Source: Eledone cirrhosa (lineage: Eukaryota). From it: a stretch of DNA of 64,000 nucleotides. Both the position numbers and the translations under genes were made by a program. The notes under the pieces were generated by a model. That model was not told the DNA's origin. It ran no database searches and saw nothing but the letters and a program-made list of their open reading frames with translations. The stretch covers positions 1,054,001 through 1,118,000 of the forward strand of contig OZ024743.1 of assembly GCA_964016885.1 (NCBI GenBank), given 5' to 3'. Shown here in pieces: positions 26,024-39,589 of the stretch (its first letter is position 1; the number at the start of each line of letters is the position of its first letter).

Positions 26024-26059
26024 TCGTAACGTTTCGGACGCTAGTCTTTCATCAGAAAA
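26024..26059 (-). ncRNA. Minimal hammerhead, partly degenerate (same family as 34296)
   Basis: CUGAUGA-AAGA cuagcg UCC-GAAAC-GUU/ACGA. Confidence 0.5.
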
Positions 26060-26449
26060 TAGAATGTGAAATTAAAGAAGAAATAGAAAGATAGAGGAGA
26101 GTTAGCTGGGGCGGAAAGGAAACAAATTTCTTTGATAAAAAGCTGGTCTGTTCATTTCACCATCTCTTGAAAAATTGGTTTAGTTCAGTTGGCTGTCTTT
26201 TTAAAGGGTGGGATCAAAGGCATTAATACCATGCTGAAAAAAAAAAAAAACTTTTGTATATAGAGTAGATATGTGTGTGTGTACGTGTATAATTGCGCGT
26301 GTGTGTGTTTACTTTTTCTTCTATACTAAGCTGTGAGGATGAGTGCATATACGTTTAAGCGAGACTATGTACGTACGTGATTGTTATTGGTCTGTTCAAA
26401 GCTGTAAGGGTGTATGTTGTTGAAACTAACAGAGCCATAGGAAACTTAC

Positions 26450-26503
<54 letters not shown>

Positions 26504-26687
26504 TTATATTTAAGTATCAGCCGTACTAAGAGTGAGAAATGAAATTTCGTTTCATTCTTTTCCATTTATCGTTTTCGGTACGCCCAGCCGACTAACTCAC
26601 TCGATATGCAAATTTGGCTGCTCAGCCGTTAATATGCATAAGGAAAGTATATACTTTCAAACGTTCGATCATCTGACAGCAAGGTAT

Positions 26688-26730
26688 ACGATGCTGACGA
26701 TAGCTAATAAGCTTGAAACTAGTTCATCGT
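26688..26730 (+). ncRNA. Type I hammerhead ribozyme, predicted cleavage after 26724
   Basis: ACGAUG-CUGACGA-U-AGCU aaua AGCU-U-GAAAC-UA-GUU/CAUCGU; stem I extends via AAGG/CCUU and CUGACA/UGUCAG. Confidence 0.85.
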
Positions 26731-26842
26731 TCCTTTGTCAGTGTTGAACAAACGAGCAACGATGGTTGCCGAACACTGTACGGCTTAATTCGAGCTGTTT
26801 GTTTACAAGCAAACCGAACATTATAATAAATGTTCGGTAAAC

Positions 26843-26895
<53 letters not shown>

Positions 26896-26929
26896 AAAGA
26901 ATAGAGGTGTAACACACGAGTTATGATAT

Positions 26930-27200
26930 ATTGGTAAACGGAAAAGAAAATGCTGACAAATTGTTCACAGTGAAAAATAGTTTAATTAGGAATAAGTGAA
27001 AATTAGTAATAGTATTGGTTAGTATTCTGTTTTTGGTTTTAAGTTTTACCGGTTGCGCATTTATAATGCTTTTCAAAAGTAATTTTGAGATAGAGCGTCC
27101 GTGATGTTTGCTCTAATCTGATTAGTTTTGGAAATTCTACCTGTTTTTATGTGAAAAAAGTGGCTCCAGAGGTATTAAAATAAGTTTCGCGCCAATTCGT
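26930..27200 (-). repeat. Unclassified AT-rich interspersed repeat; plus-strand copies at 39175-39428 and 63570-64000
   Basis: Shared ggcgcaaaac..ctggagcca..aaaaacaggtagaattcccaaaactaatcagat..aaatgcgcaaccggtaaaactt. Confidence 0.8.
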
Positions 27201-27609
27201 GTTGCAAAAATTCTTGTGGTCAACCCTGCATCACTAATTGACAATGGAATCCAACGTGCCCTAAAACTCAGTACCCAGGACCTTAGACACCCTAAAGAAA
27301 ATCAAAATTAGATTACAGATGCCATGTCTGAGAATATCAGATGCATGCGCCATATCACCTGAGGAATCAAAGATTCCAAGTAATAAATCCGAGCATTTAT
27401 CAACATTAAATTAAAAGTCGAATGACATATATATAAATTAAGCATATCGAACAATTACAGGGAATAATTTGTAAAGGGCGTAAACACAAATAGTTACTGA
27501 GGTAACATATTAAAAATTAACAAGAGCCTTCAATATTGCAATAATGATTAAACTCCTTTGTATATATTCTATTGGAGAAATATATTTCACTATTAATCGG
27601 TAAATCCTA

Positions 27610-28700
27610 GATTTCAAATCTTGGATCATCCGCATATGCGATCGTATTCATTTGCGATTGTATTTGCGATCGTATTATTTCGGTCATTATGACTTTTGAT
27701 CATAGGTAAGTGATCATTGTCACGAATCCCGAGTATAAGATTCTATTTGACTTTTACACCTACTTCTCTTCTGATGATGACCAAATGCTAAAGTTGGCAC
27801 ATTACTGCACCAGCTCTTGCAATTCTTGCATTTAACACAGCTTCCTAACTTCCAACACTCGTGCACTTGATGTTACTTGAAATTCTCCACTTGCTTCAGT
27901 GGAATCGCACTCACATTTAGAGTACACTACGCAGGATTATTTCGAGTGCCTCAATCTTCGCAGAACTGATGTTCATTCCAGCTGTGCAGCACTCAGCATC
28001 AAACCTATCAGGTGCATGTCGGAAATTACCTTCTGACTAGTAATATAATTGTTTCTACTTTTGGCACAAGGCCAGTAAATACCCAGTACATTACTGGTAC
28101 TTTATTTTACCGACCCAGCGAGGACGAAAGGCAAAGTTAACCTCGACGGGATTTGAACTCAGACCGTAAAGGGACGTAACTATGCTAGAAAGCATGGCGT
28201 CCAACCCTCTACCGATACTGCCAATTCACCGTTATATAATGCCAAGTCGTCTGCAAATGCCAACCGACTGAGACTACACCTGCCAGTATGATACCACTTG
28301 CAACTCGGTTGTGCATGTCAATCCTTTTTATGTCGATTAAGAACAAAAGATGTAGCCACCATAACGATGGACAGCTTTTGTCACCCACATTGAATGGTTT
28401 CGATTTAGAATCATTTATCTAAACATGAATACAAGGTCATTCAAATAGAGACCTCAGGACAATAAAAGTGGTCCATCGATCCCATATTTTGCAAAACCTT
28501 TAACAGTAGGTCGCTTGGAATGCGATCGTATACCGTTTCGAGATCTCCGAAGCAAGAACACACCTCTTGGCAGTAATCCCACAATTTCTTAAAGAAAAGT
28601 CGCTGTATTTGGTCGGCTGTGTCGTATCTAAGGTAAAACCACATTGTTCGTCAACCAGCTTGACCGCGACAACCTCCCTAAATCTCTTTACCAGACAGTT
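27610..28700 (-). pseudogene. Old RTE-like reverse transcriptase fragment interrupted by a SINE
   Basis: CFGDLETVYDRIPSDLLLKVL, RLAFADDLA, FDAECCTAGMNISSAKIE. Confidence 0.75.
28045..28230 (-). mobile_element. tRNA-derived SINE (major family)
   Basis: A box tggcagtatcgg, B box gttcaaatc, conserved ctttgcctttc..gggtcg..aaaataaagtaccag core, (AAT/ATT) tail. Confidence 0.85.
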
Positions 28701-28885
28701 AGCAGAGAATTCAATACATTAAATTCAATTATTTATAAAGCTAAATTACACGAAAGGAATAATTATTCTTGTCATATTTGCACCACGGGATAGTACCATA
28801 AATCTTCAGCACAACTCCTAGTATTCAACTGACATTCAAAAAGAAATGCCATTAGCATGAAAATGAAAAATCCGTAACATGTAAA

Positions 28886-29065
28886 ATAATTGTTTCTACT
28901 TTAGGCACAAGGCCAGCAATTACCCAGTGCATTAGTGGTACTTTATTTTATCGACCCCGTAAGGATGAAAGGCAAAGTCAACCTCGGCGGGATTCGAACT
29001 CAGATCGTAAAGGGACGTAACTATGCTGGAAAGCATGGCGTCCGACCCTCTACCGATACTGCCAA
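28886..29065 (-). mobile_element. tRNA-derived SINE (major family)
   Basis: Near-complete copy with A and B boxes (gttcgaatcc). Confidence 0.88.
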
Positions 29066-29893
29066 GTAAAATAATGACCTATTCTCAATACACTTATTCT
29101 TAAGCCCTCTGTATACCCAACAACCTAGCATTTCTCCGCTGAAAACTTTTGTATTAATGACAACTACATCTACCTACTACCCTCAAACAAAGCTTAGTTA
29201 AGGCTATGTATAGTAAAACGTTTATCTTTTTATTGCGGTTTTGAGAAGAGGATAACGTCCGTGAAGTTATGAAATAAAGATTCAATATTAATAAGAAAAA
29301 CATTATTGAATTTATAAGCAGTTCCTGTTTAACATTTGTATTACACAAACCCTGCAACAAGGATATACATATGCACACATACACACACACACATACAGGC
29401 ACAGAAATACATTCTCTCCTTCACACATACGCGCATACATACATTTATATAAATATATATATATAGTACCTTTTACCCTAGAGATATCCCCATGTACTTC
29501 TACTTTTGGTATATTGGCCTTGGATTACTTGGACTACATTGCACTAATATATAATTAATGTAAACTGTAGGCACCGAATTGGTTGTGCTAACATTGTCCT
29601 GTGCATGGAGTGCCACCATAGGATAGATAGAAGATTAAGTAATTTAATTTATTAAAAGGGCTATATATTCTATATGCTGGGTACAATGAAGTATGTACAG
29701 GTGATATATGAGTTATGAGTATATGTATGGCTTGATGGCCAGATTAGTGTCTTTGTATGAGAGAATTGATCTCTGGACCACCCTGGTGATATTTAACTTT
29801 GCCATGCATTCAGACATACAGTGACCCAGGGCTTACCGGGAGTCATATATAGTAATAAGACCCTGCCAGGTTCTGCGGGTGGACTACACTTAC

Positions 29894-30003
29894 ATAGATC
29901 ATTGATTTGGAGGTCTGACTCTTCTTGTAGAATGTTCTGTTGTGGCACTCCATGATAGAAGGTAATCATCGTGATATGAACACCTTTAGTACTTTTTGAT
30001 AGA
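29894..30003 (-). CDS. Candidate internal exon (LSKSTKGVHITMITFYHGVPQQNILQEESDLQINDL)
   Basis: Acceptor attgtag, donor T/GTAAGT, single open frame (phase 2 to 1). Confidence 0.35.
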
Positions 30004-30159
30004 CTACAATGTAATTTATACTTAAATTTAGAAATTGTTTATAACCTTATATAGCATTTGAAACACCATTAATGTACTTTAGGATAATAAATTTAACTAT
30101 GAAAATCAGCTAGTTACCTCCCCTTACGCATTAACTCCCCTTAATCACACACACACTTC

Positions 30160-30900
30160 CGGAATATAATACAATGTCATCTCTCACAACAAAAACAACC
30201 TGATCTATGAATCGAAATAAGGAACGACAAGCTATGATTTATAACATGGTTCATCGGGCACCCAATGTTGAATCATCGTGGATTGTGTGATGGACATGTA
30301 GTCTATAAATTGCGTTTCCTGGATTGTGTGAGTGGTGGTGGGTGCGAGGACAGTGGTGCTGTTTTGCTTCTCATTTGTAATATTTTTTATATTTTTGGTG
30401 TTTCTCTACAAACGGGCTTATATATCGTACAGGTGTGTGTGAAAAATGCTTTAACAATACAGCCCCCATGATGCTATTGATTGCCTGCTTTAACTGCTTG
30501 TTTTACATGTAACAATCTGCCGCACTATAATCCTGTATAAATAAGACACGCGTGCATGCCACACGTGAGACTGTTTCATACACTGACTACTCTAAATTTT
30601 CCTCTTGCTTTATCTTCATAAACTACCAATGTTTTATTTTTATTTTTATTTTAATTTTAATTTTAATTTTAACTTTAATTTTGTCCTTTAATATGACCGT
30701 AACTTTTGTATGTAATTTGCCATGCTATATTATTATGATGGATGTCAACCCACTGTGGGTCAATATATACATATGTTTTTATATGTCTCTTGTGTTGAAA
30801 AGGAGGTCAAGTATGTAAAAAATCACTAAATAGTTGCTCCAAAGAAACCAAACCTCGGTTTGGAGGAAACAATTGTAAGCAAATAAATGATTTAAACTGA
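30160..30900 (+). mobile_element. Penelope-like 3' fragment with terminal hammerhead (30834-30882)
   Basis: SGIYTM, RGLCDGHVVYKL; UUGCU-CCAAAGA..CCAAACC uc GGUUUGG..GAAAC-AAUU-GUA/AGCAA. Confidence 0.55.
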
Positions 30901-30918
30901 ACTTTGATTCATGTAATT

Positions 30919-31090
<172 letters not shown>

Positions 31091-31098
31091 GAAGGAGT

Positions 31099-31140
<42 letters not shown>

Positions 31141-31645
31141 GGGAGAGAGAGTGAGAGAGAGAGAGAGACAAAGAGAATGGGGGAGGGAAAGAAAAAGAAA
31201 GCGAGAGAAAAAGAGGGAGAGTGGTAATTTATTTATTTACAATGCAACTGCTTTAGGTTACACTTTGAGGAAGACTCTACAAAATACTGTTTTTTCCCAG
31301 GCCAGTGCTATGCAAAGCTCGTGCACATGCGATACTAGCTCCGACAATATGGTTCTTAGTAACGAAAGAATGTGACTTTTATCTAAAGGGTGTAAAGTTT
31401 AGCTTAATCTACACTCGGGTATAAATCAGTCGACCTGCACGACATGAAAGAAGTTTCTTGAATTATTTTCCATTCTCAGTTTATGTAGTAGGATTTTACT
31501 TTCTTGCTCTCAATACATTCGGGTATATATACAAATATGTTACACATGCAGACCTGCAAATATATATATATATACATATATATATTTTATATATATATAT
31601 ATACATATATATATTTTATATATATATATATACATATATATATTT

Positions 31646-31758
<113 letters not shown>

Positions 31759-31789
31759 AGTGTAATTTTCTACACAAAACGAAGGTTAT

Positions 31790-32396
31790 AGAGAAAATTG
31801 AGGTTGGTAATGGCACATGGAATATATAAGAGACAGAATACTTTTTTGTGAAAAAACATAATTTTATAAGGTAAGGAAATAATAAAGGGTATAAAAAATG
31901 ACCGGTTTCGATGGGTCTGCAAAAGCCATCTTTTCAAATGTTGATTAATATTAAGAAAAATTAATAATACGAAGAGTTAAAATTTGAGACTTGAAAATTC
32001 AAGTATAAAATTCATTGTGGGATTTCATAGCAGTTTTCATCTAGGTAGCAACAACAGGTTGACTGCTGTGTCCCTTTCTGGTAGTGAATGAGAAGTTATT
32101 TGGGGTGTGGGTTATTTTATAAAGGTCAGATTTAGCAATCACCAACTGGCCAGCTGCTGGTCAGTGAGGGGGTGGAAGCAATATACATACACATATCTTC
32201 CTGTGGTGGGTAGGAGAGTGGAGCGTGATAGAAAGGGATTTAGTGCACTTACACCTATATATACACACATACCTTCATCCACACATACATACATATACAT
32301 ATACATATATATATATATATATATACATATACACACATACATACACACACACATACATATACATACACACATACACACACACACATATATACACAT

Positions 32397-32441
<45 letters not shown>

Positions 32442-32480
32442 TATATATACATACACATACATCCAGATACACACATACAT

Positions 32481-32511
<31 letters not shown>

Positions 32512-32514
32512 CAC

Positions 32515-32552
<38 letters not shown>

Positions 32553-32739
32553 CCACACATACATACACGCACACACACATATATATATACATACACACAT
32601 ACAAACATACACACACACACACATATATATACACACATACACACACATATATATACACACACACACACGCATATATATATATATATACACATACGCATAC
32701 ATCCAGATACCCACATACATACACACACACACACACACA

Positions 32740-32796
<57 letters not shown>

Positions 32797-32861
32797 ATGT
32801 GTATATATGTGTGTGTGTGTATGTGTGTATGTATATGTATGTGTGTGTGTATATATGTGTG

Positions 32862-32900
<39 letters not shown>

Positions 32901-33404
32901 GTATATGTATGTATGTGTGGATGAAGGTATGTGTGTATATATAGGTGTAAGTGCACTAAATCCCTTTCTATCACGCTCCACTCTCCTACCCACCACAGGA
33001 AGATATGTGTATGTATATTGCTTCCACCCCCTCACTGACCAGCAGCTGGCCAGTTGGTGATTGCTAAATCTGACCTTTATAAAATAACCCACACCCCAAA
33101 TAACTTCTCATTCACTACCAGAAAGGGACACAGCAGTCAACCTGTTGTTGCTACCTAGATGAAAACTGCTATGAAATCCCACAATGAATTTTATACTTGA
33201 ATTTTCAAGTCTCAAATTTTAACTCTTCGTATTATTAATTTTTCTTAATATTAATCAACATTTGAAAAGATGGCTTTTGCAGACCCATCGAAACCGGTCA
33301 TTTTTTATACCCTTTATTATTTCCTTACCTTATAAAATTATGTTTTTTCACAAAAAAGTATTCTGTCTCTTATATATTCCATGTGCCATTACCAACCTCA
33401 ATTT

Positions 33405-33409
<5 letters not shown>
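31790..33409. repeat. 1.62-kb palindrome with ~500 bp unique arms plus mirrored microsatellite
   Basis: Arms are exact reverse complements (coordinates sum to 65199, mirrored ORFs 32107+/33092-); degenerate hammerhead at 33260-33301 and its mirror. Confidence 0.95.
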
Positions 33410-33443
<34 letters not shown>

Positions 33444-33559
33444 CATCCTTGTCCCCGTTCCCACGGCAACACTTGTCCCTTCATATCCACCCTCACCACT
33501 CTTACAGGCTCTAACGGGCTTTCTGTATCCCCCACTCTTCCACCCGCACATCCACCCAC

Positions 33560-33830
33560 GTTGTCTATGCCCTCCGGTGTTCCGTTTGCGGGTCTTTTAT
33601 ATATCGGACAAAGGGGACACCGTATGGCAGACCGTTTTAACGAGTATTTGAGGGCCATACGACTCGGTTTGGATACTCTTGTCGCCCGTCATTTCTGTTC
33701 TCCTGGTCATTCGTCCCTACATGTTTCAGTCCTGGGTGTCCGTTTACATCATGGATCACAGGCCTCGCGCACCAGGACTGACTGACCACTTTGGATCCTA
33801 ATCCCCTCTTTGACTCAACTCCCCAATTTC
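33560..33830 (+). pseudogene. Penelope-like GIY-YIG endonuclease fragment
   Basis: GLLYIGQRGHRMADRFNEYLRAIRLG..VARHFCSPGH. Confidence 0.8.
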
Positions 33831-33983
33831 ACTAATACCCCGTCCATTATCACATCCCTAGATTCCTATCGCTTTCTCTTGATCATTAACATCTTCTCTT
33901 ACAACTAATACAGGCCGACTATATATGCTCACTCCACTTTTCCCTTTTGCCCATAGCTTCGTGCTTACATGCACACACGCACA

Positions 33984-34063
<80 letters not shown>

Positions 34064-34295
34064 CACATGCTTATGCACGTGAACAAGTATAGTTCTTTTT
34101 ACAAAACGGTTTTTTCTTTACCATTTCAGGTAGACTCGCCCCATCATCCACTTTTCTAAAACATAAATCATACACAAAACGCCAGCACCAACAATTTTGA
34201 GATGTCAACATGAATGGACCTGTTATTTTTATCTAAAGACATTTTTTCCAGTTCCAACCCACCCTTCCCCTCAATCTGTCTTATTTCTCATTCTT

Positions 34296-34332
34296 TCGTC
34301 TGATGAAGGACTAGCATCCGAAACGTTAAAAC
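34296..34332 (+). ncRNA. Minimal hammerhead downstream of the GIY-YIG fragment
   Basis: UCGU-CUGAUGA-A-GGA cuagca UCC-GAAAC-GUU; stem I 3' strand decayed. Confidence 0.55.
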
Positions 34333-34428
34333 CTTCTTCCTGCTACATCAAGCGTTAACTTAATATATCTCTTCCATATACTGTACCTATTGTGTTGTTA
34401 TTTCTGTTTACCTTTTACGTATACATAC

Positions 34429-34488
<60 letters not shown>

Positions 34489-34642
34489 GTATATATATAT
34501 ATATAGTGGTAGAACAATGGAAGGTAATATCCGTAATGGTAGAGCACTCAGTCCATGGGACGAGTTAGGTAGAAGTGGTTACACAACAATTATTTCAACA
34601 AACCGAGCGGATCCTCAGCTTTGATCCATGTGTTCACAGAAA

Positions 34643-34832
34643 TAAATAATTGTTTCTACTTTAGGCACAAGGCCAGCAATTATCCAGTGCATTACTGGTA
34701 CTTTATTTTATCGACCCCGTAAGGATGAAAGGCAAAGTCAACCTCGGCGCGATTTGAACTCAGATCGTAAAGGGGCGTAACTATGCTGGAAAGCATGGCG
34801 TCCGACCCTCTACTGATACTGCCAATCCACCG
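34643..34832 (-). mobile_element. tRNA-derived SINE (major family); further copies at ~24545-24620, 38695-38848, 58245-58392 (minus) and 52852-52980, 55650-55705, 57150-57340 (plus)
   Basis: Same A/B boxes and central core as 28886-29065. Confidence 0.85.
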
Positions 34833-35148
34833 AAAAAAATAATACAATACACACGCACACACGCACACACGCACGCACACACATACACACGCACACACAT
34901 GCACGCGCTTATATATATAGAATATAAAAATAGCTGCTACAGGACTAGAACTATTTCACTAGTATGAAATAATCATGAATGCCTTATGATTACATACGAA
35001 CGAGAGAGTTAGGGTCCTGTAAAGTCTATTTCTATAGAATATTTTGTTGTTTTCTCCCTACTAATATGTTGAGTATCATATTTACTGTGGTTACCCCACC
35101 GATATCACTCAAGATCTATACACACACACACACACTCAAATATATACA

Positions 35149-35252
<104 letters not shown>

Positions 35253-35616
35253 GTTCACTTCTCAACGTGCTTACGCTCTGCTAATTCTCTCGCCCTCTAG
35301 ATATTAACACTTCTAATATTTAACACTGCCAGCACTAGTATTGAGCACCCTCTGCATACGCTATTTTGCAAATAACTCTGTCGATACGTAAATATTATAT
35401 ATATATATATGGCCACACATTTCAACACACACACAAAGACATACACAGATATATATATAGAGAGAGAGAGATTGATAAATCAATAGATAGATAAATAGAT
35501 AGATAGATAAGAATTTACTAGTTTAGACTACTAAGACCATATTCAGCTTAATGCTCGAAAGTAGAGTATAGGTATTGTTATAAGTTTTTGCCCGACAGAT
35601 GAGCTCTTGCCGTATA

Positions 35617-36236
35617 TCTGTATATATAAAATTAAGTATGTGTGTATTGTGTGTGTGTGTGTCTGTGTATTACGCCCGATTTTCATGAAACTTTACAGGC
35701 TCATAGATTAGTTATTGGTGAGTGTTTTCTATATATCAGCGTATCGTTTTTTGATTCCGGGGTTATTCTGCAGATAAAAATCGATAGGAGGGTCACCTTA
35801 TTTTAGATATCAGAAAATAAGATTTTTGGCTCTAGCTCCCACATTTTCACACGGATTTCAAATTTTAAAGCAAGATAGAATTTATCATTGCACATCCTGT
35901 AATGGCTTTATATTTTGCATTTGTTGTTCAGGGACGGTGTGGCAGCCACTTAAATATTCAAAAATACCGCTTTTAGACTCAAATTTACACTTTTTCGGCT
36001 CTTGCTCCCACATTAATCAACCTACTTTGTTCAAATTTTACACTACGCTAGATCTGATTATTTCACGTCTTAAAGTGGCCCCTTCGTCAGTCACCCGCGT
36101 TTCTCAGTGATAGAGGTCATCAACACCCTCCCCCGCATGGCCTGTGTGTGGCCATAGATGAGTCATCGAGAAGCAGTCGTCAAAGATGAGTCATCAAAGT
36201 AGATATTATTTTACCTAACCAGGCAACTGTTGCTAG
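35617..36236 (+). mobile_element. Non-autonomous Helitron
   Basis: A/TCTGTATATATAAAA start and CTAG/T end, consistent with A|T insertion without TSD. Confidence 0.6.
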
Positions 36237-36306
36237 TATATAAATATATATATATATATATATAACGAAGGAAATGTGGTAAGGAACCAGGGGTCTTACT
36301 GGTTCC

Positions 36307-36410
<104 letters not shown>

Positions 36411-36994
36411 TATATAAGAGAGTATTGAAGTTTGCTTGAAGCATTGTGAAATAATAATAACAATTTTGGGTCGTTTTGGAAACTTCAACAATGCAGATGG
36501 ATAAATCTCCGCGTAACACAATCCGGTGGTGAAGAGAGAGGCATAAGGGAATGTAGAAGGAGGTGTATAGTGTGTAGAGGAACGTAGGAAAGAGCGTAAA
36601 ATATAAAAATAACAACACGAGATAGAGTTACCTTGGAAGATATTTAATTGTCCCTATATTTCGGATTTGCATCCATCAACTGGGGGGTTTTCCGGGGGGT
36701 GGGGGTTAGTTATTTGTCAGAGAGGAACGGTACGTGGCCTCTGTTGTCTGCTGTTTGTGTGTAAGCATATATATATATATATATATATGTATGTATATAT
36801 ATATATATATATAAATATATACATATGTATATATATTGTGATGAGTTGCTGACCGACAGGTGATCTCTTACTGTTTCGAAACGGCAAGAGCTCAGCTGTC
36901 GGGCAAAAACTTAAAACAATACCTATACTCTACTTTCGAGCATTAAGCTGAATATGGTCTTAGTAGTCTAAACTTAGTAGTCTAAACTATCTAT

Positions 36995-37352
36995 CTTTTG
37001 TACCCCTGTGGCTAATAAAGAAACATATCTACCTATCAATCTGAAATTCGCTGAAAGGTGGGTGAATGTGGCGAAAATGGCCCGGGTGAATGGGCCTTCT
37101 CTGTATATAAACCTGTAGGCTGAAGAAGATAAACAGAGGGAAGACGGGAACACCTACAAAACGTGTTCCTGGTGTTGTTCTCTCCACGGGTTGTAAAACA
37201 CCCCGCAGTAGCGTTTAATGGGGATTTCAATTGTTTTATTTTTATATAATTTATTGTTATTTATCATTGTTAAAGATTTTAAGCAAAACCCCCGCCGTCA
37301 CGTCTTTGTAATGTCCCATTTCTCTACGCCCCTGTGACAAATAAAGAAAGAT
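36995..37352 (+). mobile_element. Two stacked 5'-truncated Tx1 3' ends within an (ATCT)n tract
   Basis: aaaggtgggtgaatgtggcgaaaatggcccgggtgaatgggcc matches 4611-4655 and 47661-47705; both end taaagaaa followed by tatct. Confidence 0.8.
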
Positions 37353-37448
37353 ACCTATCTATCTATCTATTTATTTATCTATCTATTAATTTATCAATCT
37401 CTCTCTATATATATATCTGTGTATGTCTTTGTATGTGTGTGGACGTGA

Positions 37449-37500
<52 letters not shown>

Positions 37501-37553
37501 CATAATATAATATATTTTGCATTGTTTCTTTCTGTGTGAGAATATTCACTCAC

Positions 37554-37648
37554 GCCACCTTCCTTTTTTGTGGTTTAAGTCCACCACCTGGGTCACGGGT
37601 CCTATACAAGCAGCTATCGTAATATTATCAACAATATTAGTATCTGTT
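37554..37648 (-). CDS. Candidate internal exon (TDTNIVDNITIAACIGPVTQVVDLNHKKGRW)
   Basis: Acceptor tatttcag, donor C/GTGAGT, only one open frame (phase 2 to 1). Confidence 0.5.
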
Positions 37649-38089
37649 CTGAAATACCCACTACAAAATATAATCAATAAGAAAATCATTTTAGATTTAA
37701 CATTTCCGAAAGAGAAAATTTTCGAGCCTGCATTTTTACTGGGACTTCAGTACTTTAAATAGGCCATGTGAACATTAAAACCTCTAAATTTGACCTATAT
37801 ACTGAAGAGAAATTTTACACTATGGAAATTCTGAAGGCATCGTCTTTTTAACATCTTTAGTTTTATACATGCGGAATTTTGCTCTATAGTTACTTGGTGG
37901 CATTATCTTACGAATAATTTCAGGATTAATCTCTATAACAATTTTTATGTTTTCCTTACAGCTTTAATGAAAATACCAATTGAATGTAATATTCATCTTT
38001 TTTAAGATATTTCACAAGAAAGCTTCCTATCCCCTTTAAATATGGGATGTTGACATCAGAAAGGCCCTTGAGACACCGATGTGTTTTAC

Positions 38090-38204
38090 TTGTATGAATG
38101 CATTATGCCATGTTGATATGTTACCTTCGAATTTCTCATTACATCATTTCCAAATGTCGTTTCACATAACAAACAGTTTTCATTAAACATCGAAGGAATA
38201 AAAC
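38090..38204 (-). CDS. Candidate internal exon (FIPSMFNENCLLCETTFGNDVMRNSKVTYQHGIMHSY)
   Basis: Acceptor aaatag, donor AA/GTAAAA, phase 1 to 2, compatible with the exon at 37648. Confidence 0.4.
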
Positions 38205-39073
38205 CTATTTATAAAGGATTCTGTCAATGCCGACAATTTCCCAATAATATTGGATGTGTGGTTTACTTCTGTACGTATTGGGATCCACATGTTTCTTTCA
38301 TTTTTTTTTGGGGGGGGGGGGGGGGGGGGGGGGCAATCTAGTTTTTACTAAGTTTTCGATGGCCATTATAAGCGTTGAATTGGCAGATTCGTTAAAGCAT
38401 TTTGATTTTGATGAGATAAAAAGCCAGTCCAGAGCAATGGAGTGACGGACTTGTTAGAACATGGAATGAAATACTTGAAGCCTTTTTAAGTGAAAGTTTT
38501 GAATTCCGATTTGAAATCCTACTGTAAACAATTTCGATTGTCGACTTTGTCAATCATCCAGTTTAATAACCACTACGTGTTCTTTGGGGGCCTTTAAACG
38601 TTCCGGTCAGATATCTCCCTCACTTACTACCATCATTCTCATAGACACTGAAAGAAATCATGACCATTGCCTATTCCATACTGACTATCGGTAATATAAC
38701 TGTTTCTACTTTTGGCACAAGGCTAGCAATTATCGCAGTGCATTACTGGTACTTTATGTTATCGACCCGGTAAGGATGGAAGGCAAAGTTAACTTGGCGG
38801 AATTTGAACTAAGACCGTAAAGGGCCGTAACTCTATGCTGCAAAGCTCAGTAATATAACGATTTTTAAGTAGAAAGAGAAACTATTTCGTTTAATGAACA
38901 CGTTCAAATTAATTAAAACGATATTTACTTCCATACAAACATATGATTTCTTTCAATATTTATGAATGAACTATATGATATTCCCTAAAATTCCGAAGTC
39001 TATTGTTGAGGGTATATCTGTAGCATAGATGTTTTCTAGTCCAAGTATATTTGCTTCTGAACTTGGGCCATAC

Positions 39074-39171
<98 letters not shown>

Positions 39172-39422
39172 ACGAATTGGCGCAAAACTTATTTTAATTC
39201 CGCTGGAGCCAATTTTTTTACATAAAAACAGGTAGAATTCCCAAAACTAATCAGATCAGAGCAAACATCATGGACGCTCTATCTCAAAATTATTTTTGAA
39301 AAGCATTAGAAATGCGCAACCGGTAAAACTTAAAACCAAAACTTAATACTAACCAATACTATTACTAATTATCACTTATTCCTTATTTTCACTGCGAACA
39401 ATTTGTCAGCATTTTGTATTCC

Positions 39423-39589
<167 letters not shown>

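Noticed and set aside
29000-29065. tRNA-like A/B boxes
   Set aside because: Heads of SINEs, no complete cloverleaf
31262-31382. Possible bridging minus-strand exon (phase 1 to 2)
   Set aside because: Good acceptor but weak donor and unremarkable peptide; could be chance
32107-33092. Mirror-image 317-aa ORFs on both strands
   Set aside because: Consequence of the palindrome and stop-free microsatellite
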